From: Nitrososphaera sp.
GTDB taxonomy: Archaea > Thermoproteota > Nitrososphaeria > Nitrososphaerales > Nitrososphaeraceae
Direction of reading: 5' to 3'
Assembly (NCBI GenBank): GCA_035283265.1
Contig: DATEUD010000049.1
Location: 1 to 60,778 of the forward strand
Length of the DNA: 60,778 nucleotides
The notes beneath the pieces were generated by a model that worked only from the letters and a program-made list of their open reading frames with translations, had not been told where the DNA came from and ran no database searches. The first letter of the stretch is position 1, and the number at the start of each line of letters is the position of its first letter. Made by a program: the position numbers and the translations under genes. Below, one piece after another: positions 1 through 10,305 of this stretch.

Positions 1-122
1 CTGTGAGCTTCTCTTTGTCGAGTTCCTGCTTCTCTTCTTTATTTTCGCCATTGCTAGCTTGAATGCTAGTGGGTGATATTTAAGAATGCCATATGGAATA
101 CTTTTTCTGTCGCTTTGGGTGG

Positions 123-260
123 TTATTTTGTAATTGATTTATTAAGATGGTTTTTGCAGCAGTTTTCACAGCAGAATACTAATAATCCCATAGCTACACT
201 TTTCAATTGTACGCCTGTAGGCAGATCATTAAACTCTTTTCTGCATGATTTACAGGGCAT
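123..260 (-). CDS. Small Cys-rich metal-binding protein (45 aa, TRASH/zinc-finger-like); not in ORF track
   Basis: Manual translation MPCKSCRKEFNDLPTGVQLKSVAMGLLVFCCENCCKNHLNKSITK*, with CxxC...FCCxxC pattern. Confidence 0.55.
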   Translation of the reverse strand: MPCKSCRKEFNDLPTGVQLKSVAMGLLVFCCENCCKNHLNKSITK

Positions 261-452
261 GTACACTGTACACTGCTGTTCACGTCACCATGTTTATCAA
301 ATCCTCCATAAAGCTGTTTGTTTCATTACAGCCAGGATACGCGAGAGGGATTGCATAGACTTGTATCTATGCCCAGAGTCGATTCATTCCAGTGTCATGC
401 GAGAAAAGGGCAAATGCAAATAGCAGGGTTCATTGTTCACGTCTTGTCATCC

Positions 453-1064
453 ATGTCGCCAAGCGCTTCTTCTGCTGAACCATCATCACTTCTAAATTCC
501 GAATCGGCTGTCTACATTTCTGTTGACGTGGAAGCCTCCGGGCCTATTCCAGGCGAATATAGCTTATTGAGCATAGGCGCCTGCGTAGTGGGACGAGAAG
601 ATGAAAAAGACGCAGAGTCTTCACGCTTCTATGTAGAACTAAAGCCAACCAACGATAATTTTGTGCAGAAGGCTTTGGATGTCACAGGCTTCTCAATGGA
701 GAATCTCAAGCGGAATGGAACTGATCCGATACTTGCCATGAAGAAATTCGAATCATGGATCAACGCGATTACGAAGGGTGGTAAATTGAAGCCTGTTTTT
801 GTGGCCTACCCTGTAGCATTTGACTGGTCTTTCGTCAACTATTATTTTCATAAATACCTGAAATTCAACCCATTTGGCGTTTCAGGAATAGATATCAAGT
901 CTGTTTGGACGGGAAAGACGAATCAAAAGTGGCACAAGATAAGCAAAGAATCGATTTTGCGCGACCTTCGAATAACTGATTTAGAACATACACATAATGC
1001 ACTGGATGATGCCATTGAGCAATCGAAACTCTTTAAAAGAATTCTGCAATATTCAGATGCTTAG
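453..1064 (+). CDS. DEDDh 3'-5' exonuclease (DnaQ-like/RNase AS-like)
   Basis: Motifs ISVDVEASGP, AFDWSF, HNALDDA; start moved to ATG 453. Confidence 0.85.
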   Translation: MSPSASSAEPSSLLNSESAVYISVDVEASGPIPGEYSLLSIGACVVGREDEKDAESSRFYVELKPTNDNFVQKALDVTGFSMENLKRNGTDPILAMKKFESWINAITKGGKLKPVFVAYPVAFDWSFVNYYFHKYLKFNPFGVSGIDIKSVWTGKTNQKWHKISKESILRDLRITDLEHTHNALDDAIEQSKLFKRILQYSDA

Positions 1065-1138
1065 AATGGGAAATGACGGGCCTAATCTTGTCATTTGAAA
1101 AATATAGTGCCTATACCTTCGCGGCTGACGCTGACAAG

Positions 1139-1159
1139 CTTATTTCATGACAGGCCCTG
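1139..1159 (+). repeat. Dispersed intergenic motif copy 1
   Basis: cttatttcatgacaggccctg. Confidence 0.7.
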
Positions 1160-1262
1160 CTCTACTGAGGTTTCTGAGTAGACGTCATTTCCTGCGCGAG
1201 TCTGACAGTACCAAGAAAGAAGGGTAGTGTTATTAGTGCGATTTTGGATTTAAAAGAAGCGG

Positions 1263-1655
1263 ATGGTGCAGAGGCATGTCGTTATTTCCAGGAATGTTGC
1301 AAATGGGATCATAAGTTATTCTAAGGTATTGCACCCAAACGAGGCGATCCTAATTCTACGGGGCAAGACAACCCGGGAACAGGTAGTCATTGAGGGTCTT
1401 GTTATTCCGCCTTTTGCCTCAAGCGGACCATATTACTCTGGCTTTTCAGACTTTCATCTGCCTTTTGATAGTTCATACATAGGCACTGCTCACTCTCATC
1501 CCAGTGGCTCAAACAGGCCCTCGCTTGAGGATCTGAATAGAGGGTTCTATGGCGCAGTCTCCATCATAATCTCCTACCCATATGAGGACAAAACGATAGC
1601 AGCATACGATAAGGAGGGTAGCAGGTTGGAAATAAAGGTCATTAACGCAGCCTAA
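1263..1655 (+). CDS. JAB1/MPN/Mov34 (JAMM) metalloprotease
   Basis: PNE...HSHPSG..RPS.ED JAMM motif. Confidence 0.9.
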   Translation: MVQRHVVISRNVANGIISYSKVLHPNEAILILRGKTTREQVVIEGLVIPPFASSGPYYSGFSDFHLPFDSSYIGTAHSHPSGSNRPSLEDLNRGFYGAVSIIISYPYEDKTIAAYDKEGSRLEIKVINAA

Positions 1656-1692
1656 TACATTGGACAAAAAGGGAAGTGATGAGGGCCTCTTC

Positions 1693-2244
1693 TCAATTAA
1701 AAGGCGACCTAACTATCCATTTTATTATAGTAAGCTCTGCGTCGGCTGAATCTCCGTACTCATCCGCCACTATGATCTGCACTGTTCCTTGAAAGCTGTA
1801 GATAGTGGTCACGGTCTTTAGAACCTCATCTTGTCCAGTTGAATTGTTAATCCATCTTTCAATGACCTTCACCTCATCCTTTGGCACTCCAAGGGCCCAT
1901 TCAACCGTTCCATCTTGATTTGTCTCAGTTGTACCTACAACTACTTTATCTGGAAAGGTCACTGTCTTTGTTGGTTCTCCTGCCTTTTGTGTCTCAACTT
2001 TTGCTATGACATTCTTTGCATATATCGTTGCATTTGCGTTTGGAGCCAAGCCTTCAGCTGTAACTAGGACTGATCTTCCTGGGAATTGGAAAAATGGGTT
2101 TACCGTTACGATGGTATTGCCACTTGCATAGCTTGACTGTGGATTGAAAATTCCCGATCCTTGCAAAAATACTATCGATACTGCTCCCAGCGCTGCAACA
2201 ACAGCTAGAATATGACTTGTAGTAAATTTTCTTGCCATGAGCAT
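1693..2244 (-). CDS. Hypothetical secreted/membrane-anchored beta-rich protein
   Basis: N-terminal hydrophobic segment ILAVVAALGAVSIVFL, then a Thr/Val-rich body. Confidence 0.65.
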   Translation of the reverse strand: MLMARKFTTSHILAVVAALGAVSIVFLQGSGIFNPQSSYASGNTIVTVNPFFQFPGRSVLVTAEGLAPNANATIYAKNVIAKVETQKAGEPTKTVTFPDKVVVGTTETNQDGTVEWALGVPKDEVKVIERWINNSTGQDEVLKTVTTIYSFQGTVQIIVADEYGDSADAELTIIKWIVRSPFN

Positions 2245-2852
2245 TCTTGATTCTTTGGAATAGGCTAAAGAAACCAATTGTCAAATTGTATTACTGGTCC
2301 GAGTAGCTAAATACTGACTCTATCGAGCACCTTCATCACCTTCTTGTTACCCACAGAAAGCCGACCAACCCTAATTGTCGACGCATAAACCACAAAATAA
2401 GCGATAATTTGCCAATAATTTAGCTGAAGGAGTACTTTGACCCCTGATCGTGCATCTTAACATAGCGGTTGGCATGGCCTGCGGGCTATATCTCAGGCAT
2501 AGATCGGCTGCACTTCCACGAGGTTGCGTTTCTTGTTTCATAGCACTTCCTTCCTTATTGGCGGCAGCTGAGTCATAAGGCCAAGCAGGACTGCATGGTC
2601 ATATGAATAGTCAAACTTGATATCCTCGTATCACAGCCGACGGTTATTTATGGTTCCGTAGGATGAAAACTTGACTGTTGGTGAATCCTGGAGCTGATGT
2701 TAGAATATCATGTTGTTATAGCAAGCGCTTTTGCACTCTCAACTGCTCGCTCCAGCCGAGTCTCAAAGCACTCTCATTACTAAGTTCTCACAAATAGATG
2801 AGAGAAAGTTGACTCTCGGTGATAAGTATCATTTAGGAAATAACTCGACAAT

Positions 2853-3065
2853 ATGTCAGCCATATCTTCACTTCACAACAACACGCGAAGCAACTTTACG
2901 ATAGGACAGAGCTGGGGCGCACTGAGAAAGGCATGGAAGGGATACAGGATCGCCAAGGTACAAGGAGATAACGCCAAGATGAGAGAATACGCCACCAAGA
3001 TCAGAAAGATTCAGGGCGAACTCGGCATAAGCGTTGCTTCGTTTCCCAACGTAGGCATCCACTAA
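2853..3065 (+). CDS. Small basic protein, copy A (70 aa)
   Basis: 63/70 aa identical to 20688..20900; followed by a T-rich tract. Confidence 0.85.
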   Translation: MSAISSLHNNTRSNFTIGQSWGALRKAWKGYRIAKVQGDNAKMREYATKIRKIQGELGISVASFPNVGIH

Positions 3066-3071
3066 GTGTGG

Positions 3072-3089
3072 ATGTTTTTCTTTATTTTT
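3072..3089 (+). terminator. Oligo-T archaeal terminator-like tract
   Basis: tgtttttctttatttttt directly after the stop; similar tract follows the paralog. Confidence 0.5.
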
Positions 3090-3211
3090 CCCTCAGTGTC
3101 TATCCATTGCTAGCTACCAGCACAGTCACGACAACGCAGGGCTTTGCCAGAGCCAGGGAAGCCAAAAGTTGATAAAAGTAAGAGATGAGGATTGAGACTA
3201 AAAGAATATTT

Positions 3212-3415
3212 TCAGAAGATTTCCTTTACTGTTTTTGCTGAAGCCCTTGGGATACCAAACCTCTTGCTTACCTTTGGAGCTGCGACGACTTCTGCTGTCG
3301 CGAATCTGGGACCAACATTTGTGAATCTTGTTTTTACCTTTTGGCCAACTTTACCGTTCTTTACAAAGATTACGAGTCCTTGTACGCTGGCAATGCCGTC
3401 CCCAAACAGTGTGAA
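3212..3415 (-). pseudogene. 5'-truncated single-TRAM-domain RNA chaperone
   Basis: GDGIASVQGLVIFVKNGKVGQKVKTRFTNVGPRFATAEVV; in-frame TAG just upstream and no N-terminal strand. Confidence 0.7.
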
Positions 3416-3578
3416 CTAATCATCCATCGAAAATATATCTTAGCAGCAGTAGTGTAATACCATATCTTCGGAAGACATTATTCCAAAGTCTAGTGGAAAA
3501 GGCATTCTACCTGAAACAGTAACTAGAATAGGTCTTATCTTCCTTCTACTTCAAATTCTAGGTGCTTCACTAACGTCG

Positions 3579-4799
3579 TTGTCCTCGCCTAGTGGTGAGA
3601 ATGGCTTCGCCGAGGCAACAACTTCTATAGGAGCTTTGGATTCTGTAGACATAGGACAACCATTCGACATTAAGGTTAATCAGACCATAAATGTGGAATC
3701 TGCAGATATTGGTCTGAAATTTGTTAGGGTGACAGAGGATTCCCGATGTCCTTCGAATGTTGTGTGTGTATGGGCAGGACAAGTTTCAATTCTTGTCGAA
3801 CTCCAGAATGTGTCGGCTGGCATCAGTCTTGGTTCTGCTATTTTTACAATTGGGAACGGAGGACAGGGGAATGGTAGTACGAGTGTGGGTAATGCCTCGA
3901 TGACGGAAACAATTGACAGGTATTCGATAAAGCTGCTAGATGTAAAGCCCTATCCTGTAAGCACCGAGACAATCCGGCCCTCTGACTATGTCTCCACCTT
4001 GATTGTTTCAAATATGAGCGAACCTCCTCCGGTTTTGGTATCTCGGGGTATCTTGGTAAAGGCTTCTGCCCTGTCTCAATTCACAGACGATAGTGGTAAC
4101 AACAATGCAACTCGCGTCATTGCAGTTATCGCGGGATGGAATATTGAAAAGGGCAAGGGGATGGCTGTGATATTTTCGCAGGCGATTTCTGATAACGGTG
4201 GCAGCAGTCTCAGAGATCAGGCTGTAAGAAGAGTTATAGCTGAGTTTACACCAGCTTCTTCAAGCAGTTGCAATCAAAGACCAAACTTGAATTCATGTAT
4301 TGATGGTCTGATAACGTCAGTAAATCGTAACGACACCCAGGTCACGACCGGTAGTCTAATACATCTCGAAATAGATGCGACAAAGACTAACCTCTTTTTT
4401 TCATCGAGTACATTGAAAAAAGGAGAAACCTCAGCGTACGAGTTGCAGGTAACCAAATTTAGAGAATGGCTCAGGCCATATTCGGCCCATGACAACAGCA
4501 CAATAATTATTCTCAAAGAAGGACAGCGCGACGGTCCTCTACTTGTGCAAAAGATTTACTCTGACCACGTTGATGGTCTCAATTTCATAGAATACCCTGT
4601 TGCTATGGACAAAGGTTCACCCATAACGCTGCGGATCGGTGAGAAGGCAAGTAACGGATGCACAGTTACGCTAACTCTTGTAAAGATTGAAGGTGAAGAT
4701 GCCGCTGCGTCGGCCCTATTTGCAAAAACTGTTGATGAGAATAGATCCTGCCCTATCTGTTGGTTCCAGCAAGCATTGATGTCAGGCTGGGATAAGTAA
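3579..4799 (+). CDS. Hypothetical secreted Cys-containing protein
   Basis: DSRCPSNVVCVWAG motif typical of uncharacterised exported proteins; the frame is open upstream through a signal-peptide-like stretch (RIGLIFLLLQILGASL). Confidence 0.65.
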   Translation: MSSPSGENGFAEATTSIGALDSVDIGQPFDIKVNQTINVESADIGLKFVRVTEDSRCPSNVVCVWAGQVSILVELQNVSAGISLGSAIFTIGNGGQGNGSTSVGNASMTETIDRYSIKLLDVKPYPVSTETIRPSDYVSTLIVSNMSEPPPVLVSRGILVKASALSQFTDDSGNNNATRVIAVIAGWNIEKGKGMAVIFSQAISDNGGSSLRDQAVRRVIAEFTPASSSSCNQRPNLNSCIDGLITSVNRNDTQVTTGSLIHLEIDATKTNLFFSSSTLKKGETSAYELQVTKFREWLRPYSAHDNSTIIILKEGQRDGPLLVQKIYSDHVDGLNFIEYPVAMDKGSPITLRIGEKASNGCTVTLTLVKIEGEDAAASALFAKTVDENRSCPICWFQQALMSGWDK

Positions 4800-4917
4800 T
4801 AGCAAATTCGTCAGAGCATCATAGCTGCTAGGAAGAGGAAAAAAGACAAGCATAGATTAGTTTTCTAGCATTCTCTTTTCAGATGCATGACTTATTTGCA
4901 GTCAATTCAGGTTAGCG

Positions 4918-5943
4918 CTATTTTTGAGTTGAGTTGAGTTGTGCCACTATATCAGGTATCCCTTCTTTGTAGGATGGATACTGAAAATCATATATTTTCC
5001 TTAATTTCGCATTTGATGCCTTTGTGGATCTGGTAAGCATTCTTATAATGTCTGATCCCACTGCTGCCCTTGCTAAGATTAAAGGTACAGATCCTGGATG
5101 CTTTACTTTGAATTGGTCTGCGATGTAGTTGACGAAATCCTTGAAAGGAGCCGGGAAGGAATCTGTGGCAATATAAGACTTGTTTGCCTTTTCACCAAGT
5201 GCAGCAATCGCAATTAAGATGTTTATTGCATCATTCAGATGCACAAAGTTCGTGTAATAGTCTCCTGAGCCAGGTATTCTAAAGCTGCCGTGCTTTATTC
5301 GTTCTAAGAAAATGCTTCTGAACGAACCCCCATTACCATAGACTATCTCTGGAAAATGAACAACCGTGAAGTCGATTCCCTTGTGCCCGCAGTTCTGTTT
5401 GAGAAAGTTTTCAGCTTCGACTCGCATCTTGATGTATTCGATCTCGGCGGATCTCGGGAATTCTTCGTTTACAACACGTTCTTCATTGTCTGTGTCAAAA
5501 GCAGACACTCCCGAAACATAGATAAGGTGTCGGGTTCTGTTGCAAATTGCGTCAAACAAATTCAGTGTTCCCTTGTAGTTTACTTCTCTTAAGATATTCC
5601 GATTCTTCGTCGCTTCTGGTGTGATAGCAGCAAGGTGAAAAACCGTGTCAAAGACCTAATCGCCCCCAAATTTCAAGCTGGTTCGATCAGTAAGATCGCC
5701 AATAGTGATCCTTGAATTTGAGTGGGGTCCATCAGAGTCGCCCTTTCTAGCAGTATCGTTGGCGGTTGGTGGATATTGTTGAAGGATTTTCTGCTGCCTG
5801 ACCAAGGAAGTAATGCTGATATGATTACTTGGATCTTTGTTGTTCATTTCTGACAGCTGTTCAACGAGTCTGGAGCCGATAAAGCCTGTAGCTTCAGTTA
5901 CCAACACATTAGATGTCCCTAGGCTTGAACGAGGCGAAGTCAT
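4918..5943 (-). pseudogene. NAD-dependent epimerase/dehydratase (extended SDR) interrupted by an in-frame TAG
   Basis: The two track ORFs share one frame: FGGD*VFDTVFHLAA...VNYKGTLNL; Rossmann motif degenerate (VTEATGFIG); YIKMR catalytic-like region. Confidence 0.8.
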
Positions 5944-6030
5944 ATTATCTCAAATGCACTCGTTCTATAGCGGCAGTCTCAATATATTCTACTCACCCAA
6001 AATAGCTTTGTATTGCACAGGCAACACACT

Positions 6031-6387
6031 TCAGACACATGTCTGGACGATAGTTGGAGAATCGTGAACTGGGAGTTGACTTCCTCCTAAATGTTTCGGC
6101 GATAACCCAATGTAAGTCCACTTGTTGCATCCACCACCTCCTGTTCTGACAGCACTATCGAAAATCCATCCAGCGTCCCGCGATGCATAGTCAAGCCAGC
6201 TATGGTTCATTATCGCATCAACTGATTCGTAGTCTGAATCTTCTTTGTAAAGATCAACCGTTGAGTAATAGTCGTCGTACACCTACGGAGCATAGCTTGA
6301 AGATCTATCATGGATGAACTTTACAAAGGCATCAAGCGAGTTGAGTACTTGTGAGTCTAGCCGCGCGGGGGTTTCTGAGAGCTTCAC
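6031..6387 (-). pseudogene. Possible gene remnant of unknown function
   Basis: Frame open from GTG 6387 apart from one TAG at 6283-6285; no recognisable family. Confidence 0.25.
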
Positions 6388-6483
6388 TTTAGCCGAGAAT
6401 AGACCGGCTGATAAGCTGAAGCAAAGAAGGTAACACGGCGATTAACAGACTCACGACAAAAGTTAAAGAATAGCGGGCCAATA

Positions 6484-7656
6484 TTGTGCAATGTGCGTCA
6501 AAGGGCGGGAGTTGTAATCGGAGGAATAATCTTCCTCTGCATTGGGTCTCTAGAATTGATATTGCTACTGACAACGCCTGACCCCAAAGTTTCACACGTG
6601 CTCGCTGGTCCAAGCGAAGAGCAGGAAGGAGAAACACCTGCAGCTCCGGATGAACCGTCGATAGAATTTGAGCCAGAATATGAGCTAGTTGAAGGAAATT
6701 ATACCAATCAAGAACTCGGATTCAGCTTTACACTCCCCGCCGGCATTGAGGGCTTTCTAACTGAAACAGATGAAGTTGCGGACAAGTACATTACCATCCA
6801 AATACATCCAGAGTTTGATTCAACACAGGCATCATGCTGTCCGTCAATAGATACAAGCCCGGTGGTCATGTTGTTGGAGAGTGGTCCGCTCAACGAATCA
6901 TTATTGTCGACGCCAGTTCCATTCACCGGTGATATTTATGCGGCCTTTCAAGGATATAACATGAGAATGGAGATCGTACACATTGGTGAATCAACAGAAG
7001 TATTAGTATCAGGGCTGAGATCGGACAGAAATGACTTGCCCTCTTCTCCCGAAGAACCTGTGACGCGCGTTGGCAAGTTTTATTACATGAATACTGATAA
7101 TAGGTTTTTCAGTTACGGGTTATGGGCATCTCAAGGGAATTATCAGAAGTATATAGGCGAATTTGAAGCATCGGCAGACAGCATCTCTGTTAATGATGTT
7201 AAAGCAGTGAACTTGGACAAGTTGTTCGACCATTATTCGACTCAAGAATCGGACGTTGAGCTGCAAGATGGTTCGATCGTACATACTGAAGTAATAAGCT
7301 CTTCAGTCGTAGAATCCCTTGAGATCGATGAAAACTCTAGTACCATTAACATAACTATCAACGAGACATCTGACATCGGGTTCTTAATCATGAATACTAG
7401 CAATGTCATAGCGCGACCACATGTTATTACAATAGATGGAGGACAACAGATTGAAAGCACTACCCTGAGCAACGAACGCGGCGAGTATGTGCTCGCATAC
7501 TATTATAACAAGGAAGGTAGCCATGAGCTTGTTATTAGAGGTAGTGCCGTATTGTCGGAATTTAGCTCTTTAGTAGCTGTCCTCTTGGCATCAACTTCGG
7601 CCCTAATTGGCATAATAATAGTAGCCAGAACGAGAAATTGGCAGACTCGATTATGA
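6484..7656 (+). CDS. Secreted acidic protein with degenerate PEF(G)-CTERM-like sorting tail
   Basis: N-terminal TM; C-terminal VLSEFSS + TM helix + RTR basic tail. Confidence 0.7.
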   Translation: MCNVRQRAGVVIGGIIFLCIGSLELILLLTTPDPKVSHVLAGPSEEQEGETPAAPDEPSIEFEPEYELVEGNYTNQELGFSFTLPAGIEGFLTETDEVADKYITIQIHPEFDSTQASCCPSIDTSPVVMLLESGPLNESLLSTPVPFTGDIYAAFQGYNMRMEIVHIGESTEVLVSGLRSDRNDLPSSPEEPVTRVGKFYYMNTDNRFFSYGLWASQGNYQKYIGEFEASADSISVNDVKAVNLDKLFDHYSTQESDVELQDGSIVHTEVISSSVVESLEIDENSSTINITINETSDIGFLIMNTSNVIARPHVITIDGGQQIESTTLSNERGEYVLAYYYNKEGSHELVIRGSAVLSEFSSLVAVLLASTSALIGIIIVARTRNWQTRL

Positions 7657-7750
7657 AAAGAAATCGTTGTTAGATTCATCTGAATTCAACGGACATAGTC
7701 GGGGGAATAAAATAGCCATGGTAGAATCTTCCATCACATGTATCTGCGAT

Positions 7751-7796
7751 TTAGATAGAACCTGTCCTCACCAGAGTCGCAGCAGGTTCTATCTAA
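7751..7796. repeat. Perfect 14-bp inverted repeat, 18-nt spacer
   Basis: TTAGATAGAACCTG...CAGGTTCTATCTAA. Confidence 0.85.
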
Positions 7797-8105
7797 CAGG
7801 CAGTTACGCTTGCCCCGAAATCTTCTGTTCCTAACCGCATTTCTCCCCTAACCTACAACTAAATAATCAGACATCGTTCCTCCCATTCTCAATGGAATTT
7901 CTACCCTTCATCCATTCAATTTGGGGCTGCGTACCAGAGCTGGCTAACGACTGCCGAGTTGATTAAACGACGCGGAAATAGTGAAAACACTCAAGCCGAG
8001 TTCACGGACACGAAAAGCTAACTAAAAATGCGTTGATACTATTAGGTTCAAGCTGCACTTGATTGTGCGATGTACATGACCATGCGTTAAGCAGTAAAAC
8101 CTATA

Positions 8106-8127
8106 CGTCATTTCGTGGCAGGTCCTG
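8106..8127 (+). repeat. Dispersed intergenic motif copy 2
   Basis: cgtcatttcgtggcaggtcctg. Confidence 0.65.
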
Positions 8128-8303
8128 CGATACTGTTCGACAACGCCAACAACCAATATGGGAATTGCAACAAATCAAGATCCGCTCAGAGCGATGAAAT
8201 AGGGCTGATGACGGTAATAACATGAGCACATCTCCAAGAAACAGCAATCTTGTTATTTCTTTGACATAATGACGTCTATATACTTCCAACAGCTAGCGCA
8301 TCT

Positions 8304-9785
8304 ATGACCGTGGAAGGCGTTAGCCAAGAGTCAAAAGGCTACCCTACACACCGGCATTTTCTTTATGCAGACTACTCGCCACTGGACGACAACAGGAACG
8401 TAATAGAGATGCTTAAGGAATTTGTATCGCTCGCTGGCAGGCTAATACAACTTCAGACCAACAATGAGAAGTTGGCTTCCACACTACATTCTTCGGATTC
8501 TTTACGCCAGGATGTCATGTCTGCAATTGAGCAGATTAGGACAAGTACTGCGGGTGCTATGGCCTGGTTTTATGACGAACACCGCGACGTTCTGGCTACC
8601 GAATTACATACGGCATCTGCAGCTTTGCTAAATGATGCAAGGAAGACCATATCTGAGCTGCTCGGTAGCACTGAAGGTGGCTTTGATGAACAGCACAAAA
8701 AATACCGGGGCAATATCTTGTCACGAATAAGTGATAACCACATCGCTGCGGCCAGTTTGATGCAGCACTGGTTGTCGGGGGGATACAAGAACTTCCCAAT
8801 TTCGATGCTCTCAAGCCTGTCCACAGAAATTGCCGTATGTATCGAACCTACCAGCTCTCCCAAGACATATACTGTTTACCGAGATACGTCGAGCAACGCG
8901 CAAGGAACAAAGGACGCGGGTCAAAAGAGAGAAAAGAATCCCTTGCGTTTGAACTACAAATTACGGATAGATACTTCAGAAGTAGAGTTCTGGCATTCTA
9001 GTAGAAAAATCTTTGAATTTGGGATAAAAGAACTAATGCTTCCAATTGGGATGAAAGCCCCCATTTCAGAGAAATTCAAACAAGCCTTTAGGTTTGGTTC
9101 TAGTAAAGTTAACGGTCCTGTCAAAGAGCCCGAATTCGTCAAGGTGGACGACTACTATCTTTTATCTACCAAACTAGATGGAGAGAAGACTCTATCGATA
9201 AAGCTTGTACCTGATGTCGCCAAAGCTGAAACCGACATCATCGAGATTATTTATAATGTTAGCGATCTTCCGAATTCGTACTTACAGCCTGCAAATTCCG
9301 ATGCTCTTCCTGCAGGAACTCGTCCAATGATAAATTACACATCAAAGGAGAATAGCCAATATGTGGAGGGAACAGACTTGCTTCAAATCAAAGAAATCGT
9401 ACAGGCGTCAGACCTGTCTAAGATCGGGTTTCTTGGAACAGCAATTCTGGAAAAGCTGAGGATTTTGCAGGATCCAAGCTTCATCTATTCTAGAGGCAGA
9501 CTGGAGTTGCTAAAAGCAGACGAGAAGCATATCCTATTATCGGACGGAATCATGAAAGTCGAATTCAGACTTCTTTTTGAGCTGCTGAATTCCATAGCAT
9601 CGTCTTTCACTCCATTTGTAAAAAGATTAAAGGAAAAGACCCCTGTGAGGGGAGAATTGATATTACGAGAAGAAGTGGAAAAAGGCCAGAGGAAAGAATA
9701 TACTGTTAAACTGGATGATCTTAAATCTCAGTTACTAGCTACGCACTACTGCGGTAAGACAGTTTCGGATATTTTGCAATTATAG
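8304..9785 (+). CDS. Hypothetical soluble protein (493 aa) with N-terminal helical/coiled-coil region
   Basis: Long ORF with ATG start; no recognised catalytic motif. Confidence 0.8.
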   Translation: MTVEGVSQESKGYPTHRHFLYADYSPLDDNRNVIEMLKEFVSLAGRLIQLQTNNEKLASTLHSSDSLRQDVMSAIEQIRTSTAGAMAWFYDEHRDVLATELHTASAALLNDARKTISELLGSTEGGFDEQHKKYRGNILSRISDNHIAAASLMQHWLSGGYKNFPISMLSSLSTEIAVCIEPTSSPKTYTVYRDTSSNAQGTKDAGQKREKNPLRLNYKLRIDTSEVEFWHSSRKIFEFGIKELMLPIGMKAPISEKFKQAFRFGSSKVNGPVKEPEFVKVDDYYLLSTKLDGEKTLSIKLVPDVAKAETDIIEIIYNVSDLPNSYLQPANSDALPAGTRPMINYTSKENSQYVEGTDLLQIKEIVQASDLSKIGFLGTAILEKLRILQDPSFIYSRGRLELLKADEKHILLSDGIMKVEFRLLFELLNSIASSFTPFVKRLKEKTPVRGELILREEVEKGQRKEYTVKLDDLKSQLLATHYCGKTVSDILQL

Positions 9786-9821
9786 CTATTCATCGCCTAG
9801 ACTAGATAAGGCTAGAAAATT

Positions 9822-10033
9822 AGGGATGACAATCTAGATGAGACATCGACGTGGTATTACACTTTAAGCTACAAGATACTGGAATTAGATGTGGAAATAC
9901 CGAGGCCACACTGACAGGCGAAGCATATGGCGGAACTGGAGTAGTGGGCAGCGACAGCGTGTCCTCCAGCTCCGCGAACATCAATCCGGTGATAATTGGG
10001 GTTGAGGCACTATTCAAGAAAAAAGTATATTGA
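9822..10033 (+). pseudogene. Remnant of the C-terminal domain of a secreted protein
   Basis: DIDVVLHFKLQDTGIRCGNTEATLTGEAYGG...GSDSV resembles the DxNxDG-DLVLHF..TGI.CG.T.ATLTG tail of surface proteins; 5' part frameshifted or missing. Confidence 0.5.
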
Positions 10034-10305
10034 GCTTAATAATACTACTAACCTGTTGCAGACGGCGGGAAGCTGCTTTTTAGGATAGAATCACGTAGGA
10101 ACTTCAATAAATGCCAGTATTCATACGATGTAAAAAGTGTGCAAGCGAACAGCAATCGCAGTCTATCCAGATGACTAGCCAACAAACATTTGAAGCGATG
10201 AAGGACAAAATGGAAGTCAAGAATGAGACATGTAAGAACTGTGGTACGGATATTGAAGTTAATAGCAAAACCGCATATTGGAGTAATTAGCTGCTGCAAC
10301 TATGA

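Noticed and set aside
1-51. Possible start of a minus-strand gene running off the window
   Set aside because: Only about 17 codons are visible and the frame is ambiguous
73-423. 116-aa plus-strand ORF
   Set aside because: Overlaps the better-supported minus-strand Cys micro-ORF and has no recognisable features
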